NCBI GenBank assembly: GCA_963760095.1 | Contig: CAVXBT010000014.1 | Location: 64,359 to 128,358 of the forward strand | Origin: an uncultured Actinomycetota bacterium | GTDB taxonomy: Bacteria > Actinomycetota > Actinomycetes > Mycobacteriales > Mycobacteriaceae | Length of the DNA stretch: 64,000 bases | Reading direction: 5' to 3' | In this document: piece after piece, positions 32,263 through 42,603 of the stretch | Layout of the letters: every line of letters begins with the position of its first letter | Numbering within the stretch: the stretch's first letter is position 1 | Program-made: the position numbers and the translations under genes | The notes under the pieces: model-generated | Seen by the model: the letters and a program-made list of their open reading frames with translations, nothing else | What the model was told of the DNA's origin: nothing | Database searches by the model: none

Positions 32263-34134
32263 GTGGCCCTCTACCGCAAGTATCGACCGGCGACCTTCGC
32301 CGAGGTGGTGGGACAAGAACACGTCACCGAGCCGCTGTCCACCGCCTTGACGGCGGGGCGCATCAATCACGCGTACCTGTTCTCCGGCCCGCGTGGCTGC
32401 GGCAAGACGTCGTCGGCGCGCATCTTGGCCCGCTCGTTGAACTGCGAACAGGGGCCGACGGCGACGCCGTGCGGTGTCTGTGATTCCTGCGTCGGGCTGG
32501 CTCCCAACGGGCCCGGCAGCATTGACGTCGTCGAACTCGACGCGGCCAGCCATGGCGGCGTGGACGACACCCGTGAGCTACGAGATCGCGCGTTCTACGC
32601 GCCGGCCCAGTCGCGCTACCGGGTGTTCATCGTCGACGAGGCGCACATGGTGACCACGGCGGGGTTCAACGCTTTGCTCAAGATCGTCGAGGAGCCGCCC
32701 GACCATCTCATCTTCGTGTTCGCCACCACCGAGCCGGAGAAAGTGTTGGCGACGATCCGCTCGCGCACCCACCACTATCCGTTTCGGCTGCTGCCGCCGC
32801 GGACCATGCGAGGCCTGATCGAACGGATCTGCGCCCAAGAGGACGTCGTTGTCGACGATGCCGTCTACCCGCTGGTGATCCGGGCCGGCGGTGGTTCTCC
32901 TCGCGACACTCTTTCGGTTCTCGATCAGTTGCTGGCCGGGGCCGACGGCAACCGGGTGAACTATCAGCGCGCGCTGGGCTTGCTGGGTGCCACCGACGTT
33001 GCATTGATCGACGAGGCCGTCGACGCGCTTGCCGCCGGTGATGCCGCGGCGATGTTCGGGGCGGTGGAATCGGTGATCGATGCCGGTCACGACCCCCGAC
33101 GATTCGCCACCGACTTACTCGAACGCTTCCGCGATTTGCTTGTGCTGCAAGCAGTTCCCGATGCCACTACCCGCGGTGTGGTGGATGCTCCCGAAGATGT
33201 GCTGGACCGGATGCGCGAACAGGCGGCTCGGATCGGTCCGGCGACGCTTACCCGCTACGCCGAAGTCGTCCACGCTGGTCTCACCGAGATGCGAGGCGCG
33301 ACGGCGCCGCGCCTGCTCCTCGAGGTGATTTGCGCGCGGCTGTTGCTGCCGTCGGCCAGTGATGCCGAATCGGCTCTGCTGCAACGTGTCGAGCGGATCG
33401 AGACCAGGCTGGACATGTCCATCCCGGTCGGTGACAAGCCTGCGCAGTCCGCGCCGTTGCGGCCGCCCGCCCCCCCAACGCCGCCGGCCACCGCGGCAGA
33501 GCCGACCCCGCCCGACCCCAGCCCGCCCGAGCCGACCCCGCCCGACCCCAGCCCGTCTGAGCCCAGCGCGACCGAGCCCAGCCCTGCCGAGGACAACCCG
33601 ACCGCGGCGGGCTCGACCGAACCGACCGCGGCTGCGGTCCGCACCCTGTGGCCGACGGTGCGCGATAAGGTGCGTCAACGCAGCCGAACCACTGAGGTGA
33701 TGCTGGCCGGCGCCACCGTCCGTGCGGTCGAGGGCAACACCTTGGTGTTGACCCATGAATCGGCGCCGTTGGCCAAGCGGTTGTGCGACCAACGCAACGC
33801 CGACGTCATCGCCGAGGCCCTCAAAGATGCGCTCGGCGTCGACTGGCGGGTGCGATGCGAAGCCGGCGCCTCGATCCCGGCGGCAACCGAGGCGCCGACC
33901 GCACCGGCTCGCCCCACTGAGCGTGGCGGCGATTCCCCTGCCCGCAGGGTCGTGCCTCCGCCTGTGCCGGCGGAAGCACCCGCCGACGCGGAATCCGCTC
34001 AGCGGGCCGAAGAGGAGAGCATGCTCGCCGAGGCCGGCCAGGACGATGCATCGGCGCCACGTCGCGACCCCGAAGAGGCCGCGCTGGAGCTGCTGCAAAA
34101 CGAGTTGGGTGCACGCCGCATCGACAACGGCTAG
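32263..34134 (+). CDS. dnaX: DNA polymerase III subunit gamma/tau
   Basis: MALYRKYRP, GPRGCGKT, zinc Cys cluster, DEAHM, SRT motif. Confidence 0.96.
   Translation: MALYRKYRPATFAEVVGQEHVTEPLSTALTAGRINHAYLFSGPRGCGKTSSARILARSLNCEQGPTATPCGVCDSCVGLAPNGPGSIDVVELDAASHGGVDDTRELRDRAFYAPAQSRYRVFIVDEAHMVTTAGFNALLKIVEEPPDHLIFVFATTEPEKVLATIRSRTHHYPFRLLPPRTMRGLIERICAQEDVVVDDAVYPLVIRAGGGSPRDTLSVLDQLLAGADGNRVNYQRALGLLGATDVALIDEAVDALAAGDAAAMFGAVESVIDAGHDPRRFATDLLERFRDLLVLQAVPDATTRGVVDAPEDVLDRMREQAARIGPATLTRYAEVVHAGLTEMRGATAPRLLLEVICARLLLPSASDAESALLQRVERIETRLDMSIPVGDKPAQSAPLRPPAPPTPPATAAEPTPPDPSPPEPTPPDPSPSEPSATEPSPAEDNPTAAGSTEPTAAAVRTLWPTVRDKVRQRSRTTEVMLAGATVRAVEGNTLVLTHESAPLAKRLCDQRNADVIAEALKDALGVDWRVRCEAGASIPAATEAPTAPARPTERGGDSPARRVVPPPVPAEAPADAESAQRAEEESMLAEAGQDDASAPRRDPEEAALELLQNELGARRIDNG
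33499..33558 (+). repeat. 30-bp tandem duplication in the dnaX Pro-rich linker (EPTPPDPSP[P/S] x2)
   Basis: GAGCCGACCCCGCCCGACCCCAGCCCGCCC followed by GAGCCGACCCCGCCCGACCCCAGCCCGTCT. Confidence 0.85.
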
Positions 34135-34297
34135 CTCGGGTATGTTCGATCTCGAAGCTCCGGCGGTCACGTCACACCGACTTGCGCTGAGCCGAGTCGA
34201 TCACCTTGAAGCCCAGGGGATTTCGGCTCGGCCTAGGCAAACGAACCGTTCGGTCGCGAATGCCGGCAGCAGATTCTGATCTAAAACGCCGCCGCGC

Positions 34298-35608
34298 CTA
34301 GGGCTGCCACCACGGGCGCAGTGGCAGGCTGTCGGTGCCGTGCGTGTCGAGCTTGGATGCCAGCACGTGGTGCAGTTGAATGTTGTTCTGCTCGAACGCC
34401 ACCCGAGACGCCGCCATGTACAGGCCCCATACCTTGGCGGTGGCGATTCCGACCTCGGCGACCGCCTCATCCCAGTGCGCGACGAGGTTGCGGCCCCAGT
34501 CGCGCAGCGTCATGGCGTAGTGGTGACGGAAATTCTCGGCATGGAGCACCTCGAAACCCACATCCTGGATCTCGGACAGGATGCGACCCGAACCGGTCAG
34601 CTCTCCGTCCGGGAAGACGTAGCGATCGGTGAAGCTGCTCGCGCGGAAGTTCGACTTGTTGTTGTTGCGGGTGATGCAGTGGTTGAGCAGCAAGCCCCCG
34701 GTGCGCAACTTGGACTTGAGGAACTCGAAATATGACGGATAGTTCTTGACGCCGATGTGCTCGGTCAATCCGATTGATGAGACGGCGTCGAACCCGGTTT
34801 GGGCGACGTCGCGATAGTCGCAGTGACGCACCTCGGCCAATCCGCCGAGCCCTTCAGCCTCGATCGCTGCCTGCGCCCAGGCGGCCTGCTCTGCGGACAG
34901 TGTCGCACCGATCGCGCGGACGCCGCGGCGGGCCGCGAAGCGCACCATGCCACCCCAGCCGCAGCCGACGTCGAGCAGTTGGTCGCCAGGCTGCAGCCGC
35001 AGCTTCTCGAAGATCAACCGGTACTTGTTGTCCTGAGCCGCCTCCAGCGTCGCTGCTGGATCCGGATAGACAGCGCAGGTGTAGGTCATCGACGGCCCAA
35101 GCACCCATTCGTAAAAAGAATTGGAGACGTCGTAATGGTGGTGAATGGCCCCTGCATCACGAGTCTTGCTGTGTCGCATGCCCTCGGCGATTCGGCGCCA
35201 GCGCGGCAGCACCTCCTGCGGCGGCGGCGCCGCAGGCAGCAGATGCTCGATGCCGACTGAGCGGATGATGCTGGCCAGCAGCCGCGGTGAGGGTCTGGTG
35301 AATTCGACCTTGTCGGCCAGCAAGGCGAGCAAGTCGTAAGGATCGCCGGGGTGCACACCGCGTGCCTCGATGTCACCGGCGACATAAGCCCGTGCCAGCC
35401 CGAGTTCACCTGGGGCGGTGGCCAGATAGGTTGTACCGCGGGGAGTCAGCAGGTCCATTCCCAATTTGGCGTCTTCGGCTCCGGCGCTACTGCCGTCGTA
35501 GGCGGTGAACCGCAAACTCTCGGTGGCGCCGCAGGTGAAGACCGCCAAGACCTCCGCGAGGCTCAACTTGCCCGTGGTGGTAGCCGCGGGCTCCTTGATC
35601 GTAGTCAT
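34298..35608 (-). CDS. cfa: SAM-dependent fatty acyl methyltransferase (Rv3720; tuberculostearic acid synthesis, Cfa/BfaB/TmsB)
   Basis: HHYDVSN, MTYTCA, LLDVGCGWG, YVFPDGEL; paired with an FAD oxidoreductase. Confidence 0.9.
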   Translation of the reverse strand: MTTIKEPAATTTGKLSLAEVLAVFTCGATESLRFTAYDGSSAGAEDAKLGMDLLTPRGTTYLATAPGELGLARAYVAGDIEARGVHPGDPYDLLALLADKVEFTRPSPRLLASIIRSVGIEHLLPAAPPPQEVLPRWRRIAEGMRHSKTRDAGAIHHHYDVSNSFYEWVLGPSMTYTCAVYPDPAATLEAAQDNKYRLIFEKLRLQPGDQLLDVGCGWGGMVRFAARRGVRAIGATLSAEQAAWAQAAIEAEGLGGLAEVRHCDYRDVAQTGFDAVSSIGLTEHIGVKNYPSYFEFLKSKLRTGGLLLNHCITRNNNKSNFRASSFTDRYVFPDGELTGSGRILSEIQDVGFEVLHAENFRHHYAMTLRDWGRNLVAHWDEAVAEVGIATAKVWGLYMAASRVAFEQNNIQLHHVLASKLDTHGTDSLPLRPWWQP

Positions 35609-36981
35609 CGTCGCTGCACCGCCTTTGCATAAAGGTCGAGGAGACGCGAATCTGGGTCGTAGACCTTCTTCACGGTATTGTAGATCTCGCCGCCGTAGAG
35701 TTCGTCGAACTCCTCTCTGCTGTAGTAGGAGTCGGAATACAGCGACTTGTGGCCGTCCAGCGAACCGACCTTCTCCTCGATCAATCGATTCGTCGCGCCA
35801 TCGGTTGCGCCCACCGGAACCGATGACCAGAAGCCGACGTTGACGTAGCTCTGTCCCGGCCGGATCGGATACAGCGACCAGCCTTCATGATCACGTAGCC
35901 GCAACGGGCACAACCAGACCGGAGCGATTGGCACCGTGTCGAGGAACCATTCCAGGAACTCGGTCGTGCGTTCGAGTGGAATCTCGACATCTTGGACCAC
36001 CCGTTCGCGAAGCGGGCGGCCGTTGCGCTTTTCGATGCGGTCGGCGATACCGAACCGCCGGTCGAGTGCCACCAGCTTCCAGTACACGCTGCTGCGGCGG
36101 TAGCGTCGCGGCCACCAACGTCGCAGACGGGGGTTCTGCGCGCCGAAAGCGCCAGAGCACCAGAACCAATCGGTGTCCCACCGCCAGAAGTAGTCGTGCA
36201 TCGTCAACCGGTCTTCCATGGTGCCGGTGTCATGCTGGATGGACCGATAGTAGATGTTCTGCCCGGTGTAGTCGCTGACCGGGCCGGGAGTCTTGGCGCG
36301 CACACCGGCGCATAGGTAGCTCTCGTTCGCGCTGAACACCACACCGTCGAGATAGTCGACGGTCACACCGTCGAAATCACCGGTGTCGATGATGCGGTCC
36401 ATCGCCGCCACCAAGTCGGTCAGCGCGTTGAATCGGACGTGCCGCAGTGCGACGAACGGATGTATGGGCTCCAACTCGATGCGTAGCCTGGTTGAATACC
36501 CTAGCGTGCCATAAGAATTCGGATAGGCGCGGTACAGGTCTGCGTGCTCCTGGGGTGAGACGGTGAGCAATTCGCCTGTGCCGGTGAGGATATCCATCTC
36601 CAGTACCGACTCATGGGGAAGGCCGTTACGAAATGAGGCCGACTCGATGCCCAACCCGGCGACCGCCCCGCCCAGCGTGATGGTCTTCAGTTGCGGGACC
36701 ACCAGCGGCGATAGTCCATACGGAAGTGTCGCGGTCACCAGATCTTCGTAGCTGCACATGCCGGCCACGTCGGCGGTGCGCGCGTCGGGGTCGACCGAAA
36801 TGACGTTCGTCAGACCCGAGATGTCCAATCCGGGCCCACGCCGTTTCGGGCGCACGCGAAACAAATTGGAGGTGGGCTTGGCGAGTCGGACCGACGTCGT
36901 CGCGGGAATTGAACGATAGCTGGCCAACAACCGCTCAACGCCCGCCGCATGAGCTGCCGGTGCGGAAGCAGGGACAGGCAT
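35605..36981 (-). CDS. FAD-binding oxidoreductase (Rv3719; BfaA/TmsA-like)
   Basis: VVPQLKTITLGGAVAGLGIES, GHKSLYSD. Overlaps the cfa start. Confidence 0.9.
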   Translation of the reverse strand: MPVPASAPAAHAAGVERLLASYRSIPATTSVRLAKPTSNLFRVRPKRRGPGLDISGLTNVISVDPDARTADVAGMCSYEDLVTATLPYGLSPLVVPQLKTITLGGAVAGLGIESASFRNGLPHESVLEMDILTGTGELLTVSPQEHADLYRAYPNSYGTLGYSTRLRIELEPIHPFVALRHVRFNALTDLVAAMDRIIDTGDFDGVTVDYLDGVVFSANESYLCAGVRAKTPGPVSDYTGQNIYYRSIQHDTGTMEDRLTMHDYFWRWDTDWFWCSGAFGAQNPRLRRWWPRRYRRSSVYWKLVALDRRFGIADRIEKRNGRPLRERVVQDVEIPLERTTEFLEWFLDTVPIAPVWLCPLRLRDHEGWSLYPIRPGQSYVNVGFWSSVPVGATDGATNRLIEEKVGSLDGHKSLYSDSYYSREEFDELYGGEIYNTVKKVYDPDSRLLDLYAKAVQRR

Positions 36982-37070
36982 CACATATACGCTAGTCCCC
37001 GACATCCGCCAGCGCAGGAACACCGCACCCCAGGCGGGTGGCGCCGGCCCGTGCAGAGGAGCTTCGTCTA

Positions 37071-37508
37071 ATGGGACACGTCAGTGCAGCCAGCACGATT
37101 CTGATCAACGCTGAGCCCGCAGCCGTGCTGACTGCCGTCGGTGACTACCAGAATGTCCGCCCCAAAATTCTGTCGTCGCACTACCACGACTACCAGGTGC
37201 TGGAGGGTGGGCAGGGACAAGGAACCGTCGCCGGCTGGAAGCTGCAGGCCACCAAGTCCCGGGTTCGCGATGTCCGCGCCAACGTCGACGTCGCCGGCCA
37301 CGCCGTCATCGAGAAGGACGCCAACTCGACCATGGTCACCAACTGGACGGTGGCTCCCGCGGGACCCGGCTCGAGCGTCACCGTCACCACCACATGGAAG
37401 GGCGCCGGTGGCGTGAAGGGCTTCTTCGAGAAGACGTTCGCGCCGCTGGGGCTGAAGAAGATCCAGTCCGAGGTGCTGGGCAACCTGAAGAAGGAACTCG
37501 AAAGCTAG
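37071..37508 (+). CDS. SRPBCC/START family protein (Rv3718c)
   Basis: MGHVSAASTILI...FFEKTFAPLGL; synteny. Confidence 0.88.
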   Translation: MGHVSAASTILINAEPAAVLTAVGDYQNVRPKILSSHYHDYQVLEGGQGQGTVAGWKLQATKSRVRDVRANVDVAGHAVIEKDANSTMVTNWTVAPAGPGSSVTVTTTWKGAGGVKGFFEKTFAPLGLKKIQSEVLGNLKKELES

Positions 37509-37518
37509 CCCGGCCGGC

Positions 37519-38292
37519 TCAGTGGGCCGCAGCTTGGCCGCCGAGGAAGGCGGCGATGCCCTTGACCACGGCGTCGGCGTACTGCTGCCGGCCCTCGGGG
37601 CTTTCCATCAGCGACGAGTCGGTCGCGTTCTTCATGTTGCCGCACTCAACCAGGACGGACGGGTACTGCGCCAGGTTCAGCCCTGCCAGGTCCGAACGCC
37701 CGTACAGGCCGTCCTGACCGATGTAGCCGGCCGGCGGAATACCCGAAGCCTGCATTTGGTCGCGCATGACGCGGGCGAACTGCACCGATGGGCCGGCCTG
37801 GACCTGGTTCAGCGGCGGCGCCGAATAGTTGACATGGAAACCACGTCCGGACGCGGGACCGCCGTCGGCGTGGATACTCACGACCGCGTTCGGGTGCAGA
37901 GCGTTGGCCATCGCCGCGCGCTCGTCCACGCACGGGCCCAGGGCACTGTCGTTGCCGCGCGACATGGCCGTTCGCGCCCCGAGCGCGTTGAGCTCAGCGC
38001 GGATCCGCAGCGTGGTGTCCCAGGTGAAGGTGTGCTCCGGGTAGCCGTCGTTGGTCGTGGTTCCGCTGGCCTGGCAGTCCTTGGTGCCGCCGCGACCGGT
38101 GGGCACCTGACGGCTGATGGATGAGTCGTTGGCGCCGTTGTGACCGGGATCGAGGAAGACGATCATGCCGGCGATGTTGCCCGGGCCCGCGGCGGCGACC
38201 GGGATTGTCGGTGCGGCGGTGCCTACAGCGAGGACGCCGACGGCCCCGAAAGCGGCGGCGGCCCCGACACGCAGGCGAAGAGGTATGCGCAC
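37519..38292 (-). CDS. ami1: N-acetylmuramoyl-L-alanine amidase (Rv3717, Ami1)
   Basis: [26 protein letters not shown] Amidase_3 motifs; signal peptide. Confidence 0.92.
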   Translation of the reverse strand: MRIPLRLRVGAAAAFGAVGVLAVGTAAPTIPVAAAGPGNIAGMIVFLDPGHNGANDSSISRQVPTGRGGTKDCQASGTTTNDGYPEHTFTWDTTLRIRAELNALGARTAMSRGNDSALGPCVDERAAMANALHPNAVVSIHADGGPASGRGFHVNYSAPPLNQVQAGPSVQFARVMRDQMQASGIPPAGYIGQDGLYGRSDLAGLNLAQYPSVLVECGNMKNATDSSLMESPEGRQQYADAVVKGIAAFLGGQAAAH

Positions 38293-38390
38293 GGCGCCAG
38301 GTTAGCCCGGTGGCGTCTACGCTTGGAACTTCGAACCGCCCGCACGGCGCAGGCGAAACCAAGTCGAGACCAACACGCAAGGGGACTGTC

Positions 38391-38726
38391 ATGCAACCCG
38401 GAGGTCCACCCGACATGTCGGCGTTGCTGGCCCAAGCGCAGCAGATGCAGCAAGAGCTGATGGCCGCCCAGCAGCGACTCATCAATACCGAGGTGCACGG
38501 CAAGGCGGGTGGCGGTCTGGTGGAGGTCACCACCACGGGCAGCGGCGAGGTGGTGGCGGTGACGATCGATCCCAAAGTCATCGACCCCGACGACGTCGAG
38601 ACACTGCAGGACTTGATCATCGGCGCCCTCGCTGATGCCTCCAAGCAGGTCACCGCGCTGGCGCAGCAACAGCTGGGCCCGCTGGCCGGCGGGATGGGCG
38701 GCGCACTGGGTATCCCGGGGGCCTGA
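38391..38726 (+). CDS. YbaB/EbfC nucleoid-associated protein (Rv3716c)
   Basis: AQQMQQEL...GGGLV...[12 protein letters not shown]; upstream of recR. Confidence 0.93.
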   Translation: MQPGGPPDMSALLAQAQQMQQELMAAQQRLINTEVHGKAGGGLVEVTTTGSGEVVAVTIDPKVIDPDDVETLQDLIIGALADASKQVTALAQQQLGPLAGGMGGALGIPGA

Positions 38727-38736
38727 CCGCACCGAC

Positions 38737-39348
38737 ATGTTTGAGGGACCGGTCCAGGATCTGATCGACGAGCTCGGCAAGCTACCGGGTATCGGGCCGA
38801 AGAGCGCGCAGCGCATCGCCTTTCACCTGTTATCCGTCGAACCGCCTGACATCGACCGGCTCACCGCGGTGCTGGCCAAGGTGCGCGACGGCGTGCGGTT
38901 CTGCGCGGTGTGCGGCAACGTCTCCGACAACGAGCGCTGCCGCATCTGCGCGGATCCGCGCCGGGACGGCTCATTGGTCTGTGTCGTCGAGGAACCCAAG
39001 GATGTGCAGGCCGTCGAGCGCACCCGCGAATTCCGCGGCCGCTACCACGTCCTGGGCGGCGCGTTGGATCCGTTGTCCGGCGTCGGTCCCGAGCAGCTGC
39101 GGATCCGCGAGCTGCTGACCCGGATCGGTGAGCAGGTCGACGGCGTGGACATCACCGAGGTGATCATCGCCACCGACCCCAACACCGAAGGTGAGGCGAC
39201 CGCCACCTATCTGGTGCGGATGTTGCGTGACATTCCCGGCCTGACCGTGAGCCGGATTGCGTCCGGGCTGCCGATGGGCGGCGACCTGGAATTCGCCGAC
39301 GAGCTGACCCTGGGCCGCGCGCTGACCGGCCGTCGCGCAATGGTCTGA
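38737..39348 (+). CDS. recR: Recombination mediator RecR
   Basis: [12 protein letters not shown]4 zinc finger, [18 protein letters not shown]. Confidence 0.97.
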   Translation: MFEGPVQDLIDELGKLPGIGPKSAQRIAFHLLSVEPPDIDRLTAVLAKVRDGVRFCAVCGNVSDNERCRICADPRRDGSLVCVVEEPKDVQAVERTREFRGRYHVLGGALDPLSGVGPEQLRIRELLTRIGEQVDGVDITEVIIATDPNTEGEATATYLVRMLRDIPGLTVSRIASGLPMGGDLEFADELTLGRALTGRRAMV

Positions 39349-39542
39349 GCTGGTGCTTAATCACACTGGCAACTTTGGCACCGAGACCGACCCAGCGAGT
39401 GACGTTTCAATTCGACACCACCAGCGATATCACTGTGCTGATGGTCGAGTCCTGATATCGCATGTGTGGTCAAAGTCGAAGAGGGACTTGGCCCTGAGAC
39501 AGTGACGCAGGAGGCCGGTGTGACAGCAGCGGCGCAACCCCG

Positions 39543-40247
39543 CTAGGCCCGCAGCCTCTCGCGGCGCAGCAATTCCACCTCGGGCAACTGCAGCGGCGCC
39601 AGCTCACCCATCACCCTGCTGAGCAGCAGGTCGGCGAGTTCGGGGTTGCGGGCCAAGCACGGTCCGTGCATGTAGGTGGCCACCACGCTGCCCTGGATCG
39701 CGCCGTCGATCCCATCGCCGGCGCGGTTGCCTGCCCCCTTCGTCACGGCGCCCAGCGGTGACGCTGCATCGCCGAGCACGGTGCCGCCGCGGTGGTTTTC
39801 GAAACCGGTCAGCGGCGCCGTCAACCCTGTCAGCAACGGCCCGGTGACCAGCTCCCCGATGGTGCGAGCCGGCTGCGGCGACGTGGTCACGTCCAGGAGG
39901 CCCACACCGTCGACCCGTTCGCCCGACGACGTCTCATACCAGTGGCCGAGGACCTGGATCGCCGCGCAGATCGCCAGCACCGGCGCGCCTCGGGCCGCCG
40001 CGCGCTGCAATCCCGGGTGGCGGATCAGATGCTTGGTTGCCAGCCGCTGCGCGTAGTCCTCGGCCCCGCCCAACGTGTACATGTCAAGGCTGTCGGGCAC
40101 TGCCTCGGCCAACGTGATCTCGACGATCTCCGCGGCGATGCCTCGCAGTCTCAGTCGTTGCCGCAGCACCGCCGCATTTCCGCCGTCGCCGTAGGTGCCC
40201 ATCACGTCGGGCAGCACCAGCCCGATTCGTATGGTCGAGTCAGCCAT
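39543..40247 (-). CDS. gatD: GatD (CobQ2, Rv3713), glutamine amidotransferase for lipid II amidation
   Basis: YGDGGN, LAICAAIQ, GFENHRG, TYMHGP. Confidence 0.92.
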   Translation of the reverse strand: MADSTIRIGLVLPDVMGTYGDGGNAAVLRQRLRLRGIAAEIVEITLAEAVPDSLDMYTLGGAEDYAQRLATKHLIRHPGLQRAAARGAPVLAICAAIQVLGHWYETSSGERVDGVGLLDVTTSPQPARTIGELVTGPLLTGLTAPLTGFENHRGGTVLGDAASPLGAVTKGAGNRAGDGIDGAIQGSVVATYMHGPCLARNPELADLLLSRVMGELAPLQLPEVELLRRERLRA

Positions 40248-41469
40248 GACGGGCCAATCTGCGCTGCAACTGCAGAAATGCCGTGTAGTTGGCCACCACT
40301 TCGACCGATCCGGGCGGGCACGACGCGATGGCCGCCACGGTGTCGTGCACCAGGGTGTGCTGGACGTCGGCGTACCCCAACCGCACGGCGAGGTCGGTGC
40401 CGCGTTCACCGGCGGCAACCACGGACGTTCTTTCGAAGTGCTCGAAGCGCACATCCCACAGCCAGGAAAGATCTTCGCCGTCGGGCACCTGACCGTTGAC
40501 CGCGATCACCACCCCGGCGGCGTCCTTGTCCACCATGGACAGGGCTTCCTGCCAGCCGGCCGGGTTCTTGGCCAACAGCATCCGCACCGCGTGCGCGCCG
40601 ACCTGGATGGTCCGGTAACGGCCGGCGACCTCGTCCACTCCGGACACGGCAGCCACCGCGGCTACCGGCTCGGCGCCCAGCGCGACTGCGGCTGCCACCG
40701 CCTGGGCGGCGTTGCCCCGGTTCACCGCGCCGGGCAGGGTCAATCGCATCGGCAGCACCAGTCCGTCCGGGCCGTAGAGCATGTCGTCGTCGAACCACCA
40801 CTGCGGGCTGGGCCGTTTGAAATCGGCCCCGGTGGAATACCAGTGGCCCTGGTCACGCACGATCACTTCGCCGCTGCGCGGGCAGCTGACCGAGTCGGCC
40901 GCCCAGCTGCCACCGGCGGCCACCCAGACCACGTTGGTGTGGTCATAAGCGGCCGAGGTCATCAACACGTCGTCGCAGTTGGCGACGACGACCGCGTGCG
41001 GGTGTGCGGCGAGCCCGGCCCGCAGCCTGCGTTCGATGACGTTGATCTCGCCGACCCGGTCCAGCTGATCACGAGACAGGTTGAGCAGGATGATGACCGC
41101 GGGCTCAACGGCATCGGCGACGTGCGGGACGTGCATCTCGTCGACCTCGAGAACCGCGAGCGCGGCCTCGCGGCCGGCGGCTAGCGCGGCAACCAGACCG
41201 GCGTCCATGTTGGCGCCCTCGGCGTTGGTGGCCACCGCCCCAAGGGCGCCCAGGGCGGCCGCGGTCATTCGCGTCGTCGTCGACTTGCCGTTGGTGCCGG
41301 TGACGACGACGGTGCGCCGGTTGGTACCGAGCTGACGCAGAATCGATCGGTCCAGAGTCATCGCTACCAGGCCGCCGATCATCGCGCCGGCCCCCCGGCC
41401 GGTCACCCGCGACGCCCATCGCGCGCCGGCTCCGGCGGCCAGCGCGAGACGTCCTCGGGCGGTGATCAC
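40240..41469 (-). CDS. murT: MurT (Rv3712) Mur-ligase family with DUF1727
   Basis: VTGTNGKSTT, LEVDE, NLSRDQLDR, LAKNPAG, NYTAF. Confidence 0.92.
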   Translation of the reverse strand: MITARGRLALAAGAGARWASRVTGRGAGAMIGGLVAMTLDRSILRQLGTNRRTVVVTGTNGKSTTTRMTAAALGALGAVATNAEGANMDAGLVAALAAGREAALAVLEVDEMHVPHVADAVEPAVIILLNLSRDQLDRVGEINVIERRLRAGLAAHPHAVVVANCDDVLMTSAAYDHTNVVWVAAGGSWAADSVSCPRSGEVIVRDQGHWYSTGADFKRPSPQWWFDDDMLYGPDGLVLPMRLTLPGAVNRGNAAQAVAAAVALGAEPVAAVAAVSGVDEVAGRYRTIQVGAHAVRMLLAKNPAGWQEALSMVDKDAAGVVIAVNGQVPDGEDLSWLWDVRFEHFERTSVVAAGERGTDLAVRLGYADVQHTLVHDTVAAIASCPPGSVEVVANYTAFLQLQRRLARHG

Positions 41470-41598
41470 CCGAGGAAGTTTAAGGGCGATCGCAAGCTCG
41501 GCGCTTTCCCGAGCGCAGCGGGTCGACCTCGCGAACTGAGTCGGCGACACGAGGCGCAGCGACACGGCGATGTCGGCTGATCGTGAAATCCTCCATTC

Positions 41599-42603
41599 AT
41601 GTCCGATACTGCGGCGGCTGGCTCGACCACGATGCCCTGGGGTCGGCCGGTCACCGAGCCGGGCGCCGGATGGGCCGTCATCGACGTCGAGACTTCCGGT
41701 TTCAAACCTGGCAGCGCCCGCGTCATCAGCCTCGCGGTGCTTGCTCTCGACGCCGACGGTCACGTCGAGCAATCCGTGGTCAGCCTGCTCAATCCGGGCG
41801 TAGATCCCGGGCCCACCCACATTCACGGGCTGACCGCCGAGATGCTCGAGGACCAGCCACAGTTCAGTGAGATTGTGGGCGACGTCGTCGAACTCGTCCG
41901 CGGACGCACGTTGGTGGCGCACAACGTCGCGTTCGACTACGGCTTCCTGACCGCGGAGGCCGAGCTTGCCAACGTCGAGCTGCCGATCGACAGCGTGATG
42001 TGCACGGTCGAGCTGGCACGTCGGTTGGAACTGGGCACCGACAACCTGCGGTTGGAAACACTGGCCGCGCACTGGGGCGTCACCCAGCGTCGCGCACACG
42101 ATGCGTTCGACGACGCCGTGGTGCTGACCGATGTGCTCGCGGCCTCGCTGCAGCGGGCCCGCGAACGCGATGTGTGGCTGCCGGTCCGGCCGGTCACCCG
42201 TCGGCGCTGGCCGAGCGGCAGGGTCACTCACGACGAGCTTCGGCCGCTGAAGGTGCTGGCGTCCCGGATGCCGTGCCCGTACCCCAACCCGGGTCCCTAC
42301 GTCAGCGGTGGGCCCCTGTTGCAGGGCATGCGGGTCGCGTTGGCCGCCGAGGTCGAGCGAACCCATGAGGAGCTCGTCGAGCGGATTCTGCACGCAGGAT
42401 TGGCTTACGCCGACGCGGTCGACCAGGAAACCTCGCTGGTGATCTGCAATGAGCACCGCCCGGCTCGCGGCAAGGGTTATCTGGCCCACGAACTAGGCGT
42501 GCCACTGGTGTCCGACGCGAAGTTCATGGACCACGTCGGCGCCGTGGCAGGCGGCACCGGCATCGGCGACGCCCATGCGGGCGAGCAGTTCGCGCTGTTC
42601 TGA
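41599..42603 (+). CDS. dnaQ: DEDDh 3'-5' exonuclease with BRCT-like tail (Rv3711c)
   Basis: VIDVETSG, VAHNVAFD, HDAFDD. Confidence 0.9.
   Translation: MSDTAAAGSTTMPWGRPVTEPGAGWAVIDVETSGFKPGSARVISLAVLALDADGHVEQSVVSLLNPGVDPGPTHIHGLTAEMLEDQPQFSEIVGDVVELVRGRTLVAHNVAFDYGFLTAEAELANVELPIDSVMCTVELARRLELGTDNLRLETLAAHWGVTQRRAHDAFDDAVVLTDVLAASLQRARERDVWLPVRPVTRRRWPSGRVTHDELRPLKVLASRMPCPYPNPGPYVSGGPLLQGMRVALAAEVERTHEELVERILHAGLAYADAVDQETSLVICNEHRPARGKGYLAHELGVPLVSDAKFMDHVGAVAGGTGIGDAHAGEQFALF

Noticed and set aside
32263-34134. Programmed frameshift in dnaX
   Set aside because: No A-rich slippery site seen; single continuous ORF.
34298-36981. Methyltransferase plus FAD oxidoreductase pair as a novel system
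   Set aside because: Known 10-methylstearic (tuberculostearic) acid pathway, conserved at this locus.
41470-42489. 749-aa version of the murT ORF
   Set aside because: The extension is antisense to dnaQ; Mur-ligase homology starts at GTG 41469.
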